Source: Clostridiales bacterium
Lineage (GTDB): Bacteria; Bacillota; Clostridia; Lachnospirales; WQUN01
NCBI GenBank assembly: GCA_031270945.1
Contig: JAISWZ010000531.1
Coordinates: 13,473 to 77,472, forward strand
Length of the DNA stretch: 64,000 nt
Direction of reading: 5' to 3'
Shown here: piece after piece, positions 57,328-64,000 of the stretch
Layout: every line of letters begins with the position of its first letter
How positions within the stretch are numbered: position 1 is the stretch's first letter
Notes under the pieces: generated by a model
The model's database searches: none
What the model saw: only the letters and a program-made list of their open reading frames with translations
What the model was told of the DNA's origin: nothing
Made by a program: the position numbers and the translations under genes

Positions 57328-58026
57328 TCAAGCCAAAAGGAAGCTGACTTCTTTAGCGTATTTCGTGAACCTGTCGATATCTGATTCCGTGAATTGCGTG
57401 TCTTTTTTCAAGGCGGTGTAGCCAATAGGCTTGGAGTCTTTGTCTCTAATGCTTACGCAGAGCGACATCTTTTCATCTTGAGCTCTTACAAGGTCATATC
57501 CGGATTGTGAATTCGCGGCTTGATCTTCCGTGTTTAGTATCACATATGGCGCGGTTTGGAGGTTCACCAGGAATTTTGAGAACAGGGAGGTTGAGATGTT
57601 CTGCATGATATGTGAGACAGGCAGCTTTTTCTCCCTGAAGATGTCATAAGTGCAGCTCATGAATTGGAAAGGCAGAAGCGACAGGTTTGGAGCGTTAGGA
57701 GTGTTGAATTCCATGATTGTGACCCTGTCGCCTCCGCAGTCTCTCATGATTCTATCCATAAGGGTTCTTATCTCGGCGTCTCTTCTCACCGGAGGAGATG
57801 AAGCTTCCTCTGCGGAGGCAGGCGTCTTGTTAGGGTCCGGCTGGGGCGTTTTGCTGTTCGCGTTGTTGTGCGTTAGCGCTTCAAGAGCGACTTTCTGCTT
57901 TGCCTTCAGCATGTTTATGCCTATATTGATGAACTGCAGCGCGGCGTACAGGAAAACGCCGTTTATCACTAGAGACACGCCGAGATCCTTGAATTGCGTG
58001 AGCATATCGTTTATTTCCAAATACAT
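57328..58026 (-). CDS. membrane-anchored protein: N-terminal TM helix, linker, C-terminal domain of about 150 aa (GAF-like pattern, unverified)
   Basis: LGVSLVINGVFLYAALQFINIGINML TM segment. Starts 13-16 nt after the amidase stop. Confidence 0.45.
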   Translation of the reverse strand: MYLEINDMLTQFKDLGVSLVINGVFLYAALQFINIGINMLKAKQKVALEALTHNNANSKTPQPDPNKTPASAEEASSPPVRRDAEIRTLMDRIMRDCGGDRVTIMEFNTPNAPNLSLLPFQFMSCTYDIFREKKLPVSHIMQNISTSLFSKFLVNLQTAPYVILNTEDQAANSQSGYDLVRAQDEKMSLCVSIRDKDSKPIGYTALKKDTQFTESDIDRFTKYAKEVSFLLA

Positions 58027-58042
58027 CACCTTCCTGTCTTTG

Positions 58043-58777
58043 TTATTTGGGCAGTTTAGACAGGCTTCTGCGGATCAGCGCTATGCACTGCTCCCTGGTC
58101 ACGGGATCCCTGGGGTTGGTTCCATCTGTGATGCCTTCGGAAACAGCCCATTCCCAATCAGCCTTCGCCCAATCTGATGGTGTCTGCGGGGTTGGCGCGG
58201 GAGCGGGAGCTGGCGCGGGCGCAGGTGCGGGCGCTGGCGCAGGAGCGGCTGTCGCGGCTTTGTAGGCGGCGACGATTTTAGCTTTGAGGACTGCCCAGTC
58301 TGACGGGTTTTTCACGTAATACAGAGGGCAGGACTTTCCTGTTACATCGTAGTGGCGCTTTACAGCTGTCTCTGGGTTGAACTTCCACCTTATGCACATG
58401 TCGACTACAAGCTCGATCAGGCTTTTGGTGGTCGCGTCGTTGAACTTGCCGTCTGCGGCAGGGTGGCAGCACTCTATGCCGATATAGGTTGAGTTGTTTG
58501 TCTTCGCCATTGTCGCGTATTCCGAAGAGTAGCTCTTCCCGGCGTGCATCGCGCATTCCTTTTCAGGGACGCACAAGAGAATCTCGCCATTTAGTCCGAT
58601 GATATAGTGCGCGGACACGTGGTTGCCGCCGGAGCCGGCTTCGAAATAGTTCCTGTTCGCCAAGGCGCTGGAGCCAGGGTTTCCTACGTAATGCACAAGC
58701 ACCCCTTTGGGGTTCAAAGTTGTGCCTGGTCTGCCGTGAGCGGAGCCAGGGGTCAACAGTTTGTCTTCAATCTTCAC
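58043..58777 (-). CDS. N-acetylmuramoyl-L-alanine amidase (Amidase_2/PGRP fold), endolysin-like, with (AP)n linker and SLH-like C-terminal module
   Basis: KGVLVHYVGNPG..NRNYF..VSAHYIIG..ECAMHAG..YIGIECCH..HYDVTGKSCP blocks. APAPAPAPAPAPAPAPTP linker. C-terminal WAVSEGITDG..PVTREQCIALIRR. GTG start after GGGAGATGG. Confidence 0.82.
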   Translation of the reverse strand: MKIEDKLLTPGSAHGRPGTTLNPKGVLVHYVGNPGSSALANRNYFEAGSGGNHVSAHYIIGLNGEILLCVPEKECAMHAGKSYSSEYATMAKTNNSTYIGIECCHPAADGKFNDATTKSLIELVVDMCIRWKFNPETAVKRHYDVTGKSCPLYYVKNPSDWAVLKAKIVAAYKAATAAPAPAPAPAPAPAPAPAPTPQTPSDWAKADWEWAVSEGITDGTNPRDPVTREQCIALIRRSLSKLPK

Positions 58778-59666
58778 TTTTCCATCTCCCTTTCGGTTTT
58801 GTGTTAGAACTGGCGGACTATCCCAGCCGCGCTAGGCGGCAGCCAGCCAAGCGCCCCTTGCCCAAAGTGTCTAGTTCAGGAGGATAGGCCCCCCACATAT
58901 GGGTTAGGACAACTTTCATTACTATCCTATGTGTCCCTGCTAAAAGAGTTACATGAAGCGGAAGAAATTTTCGTATCGGCGGATAACCAGCGTTTTTTTT
59001 ATTTTTATGGGCATATGGGCAAGCTGGCCGCAGCGCGTGAAACAAAGCGCTAAGCGAAACGCCTAGTCTTAAAGGCAATTTTTTCTTCCGGGCGCGTACG
59101 GGAACGCAGTCTTTGGCGATTTTGGGCAGCGCTGTACGTTATTGAGATGTTGTTCCGCGCTGAGCGCCTGAACTCTTGATAGCATATTTGTCGGCTTGTC
59201 ATATTCTATGTGCGGCTGCCCGTGGGGTTGCAGCAATAAGCATGAACTTTTGATTACAGATCGCATGCTTGCCCGGTTTATGACATTCGTTAGGAGTGTT
59301 TTTGTACGGGCATTTCTGCTATAAAATTTTTGGGGGAGGGGGCGAATGAAAAAGTTGGCTTTTTCAAAGCGCATGGGATCAAATAAACGCTTTAAACGCT
59401 TGTCTGTCTGACATTTTCGTGGTTAAATTTATGACTAAAAAGCACATTATTTGACATAAGGGCTTCGAGAGACGCGTGCATTGATTTAGGACGGAATTTG
59501 ATGATTTTGGGTGGCTTTGATGAAAGGAATTCCTTGAGGAGAAGAAGTAAAGGCTTTGATTAAAACCCAAAGCGGTGATTGTGTGCAAGCGATTTGCGTT
59601 TGGCAGATAAATGGCAAAGCAAGATGACGGATTCGCCAAAATGCGCCAGGCTATTCTATGCGTTGC

Positions 59667-59771
59667 AAACCCAGATCCAGATCCAAACCAAACCGAACCC
59701 AAACCCAAACCAAACCAAACCAAACCAAACCAAACCAACCCCAAACCCCAAACCCCAAACCCCAAACCAAA
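59667..59771. repeat. C/A microsatellite: (CCAAA)n merging into (CCCCAAA)4
   Basis: caaacccagatccagatccaaaccaaaccgaacccaaacccaaaccaaaccaaaccaaaccaaaccaaaccaaccccaaaccccaaaccccaaaccccaaacc. Confidence 0.9.
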
Positions 59772-59775
59772 TTCG

Positions 59776-59803
59776 CAACAAAAAAGAGCCGCTGCGCGGC
59801 TCT
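59776..59803 (-). terminator. Rho-independent terminator of the 59817-60251 gene
   Basis: AGAGCCGC-gca-GCGGCTCT on the minus strand, followed by TTTTTTGTT. Confidence 0.7.
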
Positions 59804-59816
59804 TGCTTTGGCTCTC

Positions 59817-60251
59817 TCAGCATGATTTCTCTGAAAGCGAGATGTGGCTGAGCTTTACTGCATTCATCTGGTTGTCCGCCAGAAGCTCAAGGCAGATGTC
59901 CTTTATCTCTATCGGCGCTCCGCTGTAGAGCCTCAGGTAGATGTCCGCGTCATCCAATATCGTGAAAAGCATGCTTTCGCAGCCTTCGGCCAGGCTTTCC
60001 GGCAGCTCAGGGGCTGGCCCCTGGGTTGGATGGGCGTCATTGCCAGTCATTGCCTTGTAGGCTGTCGCCAAGAGATGCGTGTGCTTTCTCGCGTCTAGCC
60101 GGATAAGCCTGAGCTGGTCTTTGAACAGCTCATTTTTTGCCTTGCATCCAAGCTTCGCGAACGTAGCCTCATTTCCTAGCTCGGTTTCAAGGGCACCAAG
60201 CAGCACCCCTGGAATATAGATGCTTGAGCCAAGCATAGCCTTTTCTGCCAT
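59817..60251 (-). CDS. hypothetical helical protein (possibly ferritin-like four-helix bundle)
   Basis: 144-aa ORF from ATG 60251. The longer version starts inside a repeat half-site. No firm motif. Confidence 0.35.
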   Translation of the reverse strand: MAEKAMLGSSIYIPGVLLGALETELGNEATFAKLGCKAKNELFKDQLRLIRLDARKHTHLLATAYKAMTGNDAHPTQGPAPELPESLAEGCESMLFTILDDADIYLRLYSGAPIEIKDICLELLADNQMNAVKLSHISLSEKSC

Positions 60252-60546
60252 AGTCTGTACCTCCTGTAGAGCATATCCCAAAAGCATTATATGTTTCGGA
60301 AAAGCTTTTGTTCTAAGCTTTTGCTCTAAGCTTTAGCCTTTCGTGCGCTTCGGGATTGGGGCATTGGCGAGCGTCAATCCAGAAATATCTCGCCGCTTCT
60401 AGCCGCTTCGTTAGTAAAAAAAGCTTCTTTATATTCTATGCTCGCTATTGGCATAATTTGCTATCATTCCTTCCAGTATATTTATTGAATGTTAATCAAT
60501 AATAATAATGGGAATATAAGGCTAAATTATGCTTGAGGTGACAGCC

Positions 60547-61527
60547 ATGGCTCTACGATTTTCAACATTCCTAATGGCGCTGGCGGCATACGCAAATATC
60601 GCGATATCCGCGCAGACGCCTGCATTTACGGAGACCCTGGAAAAAGAGGCGGTCGTGTCAGCCCCTTTGCTAAACATACGCTCAGGCCCTGGGATGCAAT
60701 ATCCAGTCCTCTCAGCGCAGAAGAAGGGGACTGTTCTCCAGGTGATAGGCTCAATGGGAGGCTGGCGGCTGGTTCTCCTTCCTGACAATTCGGTCGGGGC
60801 CGCATATGCCAAGCACTTGGAGACCACAAAGATGGACGAGCCCCAGAGGGTTGAGATCTTTGAGGACGAGGCGGAGATTTCTGAAGAAGGCTCAGAGCTT
60901 TTAGCCGAAAAGACTGATCTTTCGGACGGAACAGAGGAGCTCTCTGACGAAGGCTCAGAAGCTGATTCTCAAGCGGTCGACGCCGATCTGGACGCTGAGC
61001 AGGAAATAGAGGACGGCTCAAGCCTCGACAAAGAGCTGGTGTCCGGCAGGCCTTTCAAAGTGATGGCTCAAGGCGATGACGATGAATACGACCCAGCTGA
61101 AGAGATGTTCTATGACGAGGAAGCCGATCAGGAAGACTTATCCGACAGCGCCAGCATCTTCTTTGGCTTGGTGAACGAGGCCAGGATAAAGGAAGGGCTT
61201 GAGCCCTACACATGGGATGAGAGACTTAACAAAGTGGCCAAGCTGAAAGCCAACGACATGATTAAGAACAAATATTTCAACCATTCATCTCCTGAGTATG
61301 GCACCCCTTTCATAATGCTGAAGAACCTCGGGATACTGTACAAGACAGCGTCTGAAAACATCGCCAAGGACACGTCTCCAGAAAGCGCGTTCCAGAAGAT
61401 GATGGACAGTCTGCCGCACAGATCCAACCTGACAAGCGCCAGGTTCAACAAAATGGGCGTAGCCTCAAGCGATGAGCCTAATGAGGAAGGCAAGACCCTC
61501 ATGGTTCAGATTTTCATAGAAGAATGA
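60547..61527 (+). CDS. secreted SH3b domain - acidic linker - CAP/SCP (YkwD-like) domain protein
   Basis: Signal peptide MALRFSTFLMALAAYANIAISAQT. SH3_3-like VVSAPLLNIRSGPGMQYPVLSAQKKGTVLQVIG..GWRLV. C-terminal CAP block VNEARIKEGLEPYTWDERL..AKLKANDM...FNHSSPEYG...ENIA. ATG at 60547 after GAGGTG. Confidence 0.75.
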   Translation: MALRFSTFLMALAAYANIAISAQTPAFTETLEKEAVVSAPLLNIRSGPGMQYPVLSAQKKGTVLQVIGSMGGWRLVLLPDNSVGAAYAKHLETTKMDEPQRVEIFEDEAEISEEGSELLAEKTDLSDGTEELSDEGSEADSQAVDADLDAEQEIEDGSSLDKELVSGRPFKVMAQGDDDEYDPAEEMFYDEEADQEDLSDSASIFFGLVNEARIKEGLEPYTWDERLNKVAKLKANDMIKNKYFNHSSPEYGTPFIMLKNLGILYKTASENIAKDTSPESAFQKMMDSLPHRSNLTSARFNKMGVASSDEPNEEGKTLMVQIFIEE

Positions 61528-63050
61528 TCCAGGCCGGGAAAACAGAGGCGGCTTCGGTTCGCCAGCAGATCCTGCCCCAGGCGCTGGAGCAACTGACAAA
61601 GCTTCCAAAGCCTCCTCCCCCAAGCCACGGGCTGGCGTCTGCCGCAGTGACAGGAGACCTTAAGGCTGAGCTTGAAGAGCTTTTAAAGTCGCTGGGGCTA
61701 CAGGCAGGAAAGGAAAACTTGGAGCTTCTTGAAGCCTTGCTGGACAACGGATTTCCGCTAGACAAAGAGACTGTTTCAAAAATGCGCCAATACGCCCTTC
61801 TGTCCAAAGATCCTGGGAAGGCTGTCTTTTTTCTGAAAAACGGGGAAACTATGACCCAGAAGAGTCTTGGGCGATTGAATGCCGCGCTTGATGGAGCTGG
61901 CGGACTTGTGGTTGACTTTGAAGGGCTCTCAGAAGCGGTTGAAGGCCTGCCTCCGGGAGATCTTAAGAGCCAGATGGAAAAGCTTTTAAACGCAGCAATG
62001 GGTGACGCAGACGCTCAAGTCTCTGAAAAAGCAGCGCTTCCTCGCGCCGTGGCGGGGCGGGGAAGCGTAAATGAAACACATGAAGCTGGAGCGCAGGAGC
62101 TGGGATCTGATTCTCAAGAGGCCGAACTCTTGAAGCCCACAGGCACACCGGCTCAGGCCGCTGGACAGAAAGCGGACGCTGAGATCGCTAACGCGAATTC
62201 TAATTCAAAGGCGAATGCGGGCCTGGAAAAAGAAAGTGGAGCGGCGCCTGGTGAAGTTGAGGCAGATGGGTTCAAAGAGGTTGAGGCGAGCATAAAAACA
62301 GCGCAAGAGCCGGATCTGGAAGAAAAACTTGTTGACGTCAATAAAAAGGCGATAGCTCAAGCAAAAGCTTTGGGCAAGGATCAGATCGAGCCTGAAGAGA
62401 AGGGCCTGTTTGAAGTAGCCGAGATGGGGGCCAAAGATGGCCGCGAGGCTGGGAAAGCCATGCCTCTAGGCGCAAAGGCCAAGCGGTTCGCCATCAAAAG
62501 CTTGGGAAAGTCGCCCCAGGTTCTTGAACGTTTTCTTGAAGAGACAGTCAGGTTCCTCCAAGAAGCTAAAGAGATCGCAAGCGGAAGCCCTGAAGGGGAG
62601 AAAGTGAGAGAGGCTCTGGACAAGCTTTTGAGCCGCTTTGAATTTTTGGCCGAGGCCAAGTCCGCTGTCTTGGTTCAAGTGCCAGCGCTTTTAAATGGAC
62701 AGGCTATGCCTTTAGAGCTTTACGTGTTCCGGGAGAAGTCCGGAAAGAAGCTCAAAAAGGCGACGTCTGCCCTTTTGGCACTTGACTCGGCAAGGCTGGG
62801 GCGGATTGAGGCTTACGTGCAAAAGGCCGATTCTTCTGTAAGAGTGTCCTTTCGGCTTGAAACAGGCGAGGCGGCCAAGATCGCGCAAAAAGGGCAGGAA
62901 AAGCTTGCGCGTCTTTTGTCTGAAGCGGGGCTGTCCCTATCAGGCGTTACCTTTTGCCAGATGGAGAAGCCATTCGGGCTATTGAGCCGGGAAGAGGAGC
63001 TTTCCGGCGAGAAGGGGTGCCAGCCTTGCACATTGGAGGCGAGGGCTTGA
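61524..63050 (+). CDS. hypothetical protein with FliK (hook-length control)-like C-terminal region, unverified
   Basis: ATGA overlap with the upstream gene. Low-complexity Ala/Glu/Lys middle. C-terminal LELYVFRE...LGRIEAYVQKADSSVRVSFRLETGEAAK...LLSEAGLSLSGVTF resembles Flg_hook domains. Confidence 0.35.
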   Translation: MIQAGKTEAASVRQQILPQALEQLTKLPKPPPPSHGLASAAVTGDLKAELEELLKSLGLQAGKENLELLEALLDNGFPLDKETVSKMRQYALLSKDPGKAVFFLKNGETMTQKSLGRLNAALDGAGGLVVDFEGLSEAVEGLPPGDLKSQMEKLLNAAMGDADAQVSEKAALPRAVAGRGSVNETHEAGAQELGSDSQEAELLKPTGTPAQAAGQKADAEIANANSNSKANAGLEKESGAAPGEVEADGFKEVEASIKTAQEPDLEEKLVDVNKKAIAQAKALGKDQIEPEEKGLFEVAEMGAKDGREAGKAMPLGAKAKRFAIKSLGKSPQVLERFLEETVRFLQEAKEIASGSPEGEKVREALDKLLSRFEFLAEAKSAVLVQVPALLNGQAMPLELYVFREKSGKKLKKATSALLALDSARLGRIEAYVQKADSSVRVSFRLETGEAAKIAQKGQEKLARLLSEAGLSLSGVTFCQMEKPFGLLSREEELSGEKGCQPCTLEARA

Positions 63051-63092
63051 AACGCGTAGAGAGCGCTTGCCTGCGTTTTTGGGACATGACCT

Positions 63093-63146
63093 AGAGCATA
63101 TCCCCAAATTCCGAAATGGCACCATATATAATTTTGGGATATGCTC
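63093..63146. repeat. short MITE/REP-like palindromic element
   Basis: AGAGCATATCCCCAAATTCCGAAATGGCACCATATATAATTTTGGGATATGCTCC. Confidence 0.85.
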
Positions 63147-63177
63147 CTAAAGCGCTGCGGCAACGTGGAGGTTTCCA

Positions 63178-64000
63178 GTGAGAACGACGAGAAAGCGTTT
63201 GTCAGGCGCTGTGATAATATATGTTATCCTATTTTTCCTTATATTTATTGGGCTTGCGACTGCGGCCTTCGCCACGATATTCGGCAAGCGCGACATGCTT
63301 GTTGAAAACGCGGGAAGGCTTTTGGTGGAGACGCAATCGCTGTCTGACTCCATGACCATGAGCGGGTACAATGAGTTTGATCGAACAGAGAAGGTTGCGC
63401 ATATAGACGGCATAGTCGCGGACTCAAGCGAATGTCTGCCTGGGATCTCGCGGAAAGCGGAAACCGGGATAAAAGCCAGCTGGGCGCTTCTCAAGGATTC
63501 GGTTGAAAGCTCGCCTTTTGAGAATGGCCATGAGACATTCACATTGGCTTTTCTTGAGCAGGTGCAGGACGCCGTGATAGGGGCGATCAGGAAATCTGAC
63601 TCTGAAAGCCGGGTCACAGTGTTTTCTTTACTTTTGGGAAACGCGCTTCTGGCTATCGCTGTTGGCATCGCCTTGTCGAAGATGAAGAAGTTCGGGGACT
63701 CTGGACAGTCAGAGTCTGAAGCGAGAAGGATCATGCTTGACTTGGCGCCTATGGCATGCTCTTTGAGAGACAAGGATTTCACCATTGTAGACTGCAACGA
63801 GGCGGCGGTAAGGCTGTTGGGCGCTTCGGGAAAGGCTGAGATAATAGGCAAGCGCTCTGAAGACCTTCTGGGCAGCCAGCCTGACAAGGAGAGCGCCGCG
63901 CAGCAGATCGACAAGGCCAGAGCCATCGCAGAGGAGAAGGGCCAGCATGTCTTTGACACTTCCTACGAGGATTTCAACGGCGAAATAGTGCCTCTGAAGC
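63178..64000 (+). CDS. membrane sensor protein, N-terminal part (two TM helices bracketing an extracytoplasmic region, then a PAS-like domain); 3' end outside window
   Basis: My own translation from GTG 63178 (GGAGG 6 nt upstream) is open to the window end: VRTTRKRLSGAVIIYVILFFLIFIGLATAAF...LLGNALLAIAVGIALSKM...MLDLAPMACSLRDKDFTIVDCNEAAVRLLG. Not in the supplied ORF track because it has no stop. Confidence 0.6.
   Translation, partial: MRTTRKRLSGAVIIYVILFFLIFIGLATAAFATIFGKRDMLVENAGRLLVETQSLSDSMTMSGYNEFDRTEKVAHIDGIVADSSECLPGISRKAETGIKASWALLKDSVESSPFENGHETFTLAFLEQVQDAVIGAIRKSDSESRVTVFSLLLGNALLAIAVGIALSKMKKFGDSGQSESEARRIMLDLAPMACSLRDKDFTIVDCNEAAVRLLGASGKAEIIGKRSEDLLGSQPDKESAAQQIDKARAIAEEKGQHVFDTSYEDFNGEIVPLK

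Noticed and set aside
58778-59000. Possible ydaO/c-di-AMP riboswitch or T-box in front of the amidase gene (minus strand)
   Set aside because: After reverse-complementing the region I could not find the characteristic conserved segments. It is left as an unexplained leader pending an Rfam scan.
59667-59771. Telomere or linear-replicon end suggested by CCCCAAA/CCAAA repeats
   Set aside because: The tract is internal, with ordinary bacterial genes on both sides. It is interpreted as a microsatellite.
63147-63959. 270-aa minus-strand ORF
   Set aside because: It is antisense to a better plus-strand ORF (63178 to window end) that has GGAGG, two clear TM helices and a PAS-like segment. The minus-strand product is Ser/Ala/Leu-rich with no motif.

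Overview
A 64 kb chromosomal segment that looks like a Firmicutes/Clostridia-type genome, judged from SLH-anchored surface proteins, strong GGAGG-type ribosome-binding sites and PTS/PRD regulation. Three parts are ordinary: (i) 5.5-13.9 kb, a mannitol-family PTS operon (mtlA EIICB, HPr, MtlR, EIIA, 1-phosphofructokinase, a long Zn-dehydrogenase, Enzyme I) that lacks a canonical mtlD; (ii) 23-34 kb and 48.6-51 kb, a glycan-degradation set (a 2250-aa SLH-anchored GH59-like protein, GH20, GH13, GH2 beta-mannosidase, an epimerase); (iii) scattered housekeeping and accessory genes (small alarmone synthetase, MATE, tRNA-Gln, CrcB, MGMT-like, flavoprotein, HlyC/CorC, SWIM protein, endolysin-like amidase, SH3-CAP protein). 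The main item is an AT-richer insert at about 37.2-48.5 kb. It carries a tightly coupled four-gene cassette: DUF499-type P-loop ATPase, DUF3780-like protein, DUF1156-type Zn-ribbon amino-methyltransferase, and a PLD(HKD)-SNF2 helicase. I read this as a restriction-modification-like anti-phage system of unknown mechanism. A promoter plus a tandem-terminator leader (or small RNA) precedes it, and three small coiled-coil proteins follow it. The intergenic space is unusual throughout. It holds a dense family of MITE/REP-like palindromic elements (termini GAGCATATCCCAAAATT / AATTTTGGGATATGCTC; at least 14 full and about 8 half copies), five 75-95 bp tracts of nearly pure A or T next to terminator hairpins, and several short-period tandem repeats. 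No CRISPR array, integrase, transposase or rRNA was seen. All family assignments come from motif recognition by eye and need HMM/BLAST confirmation.
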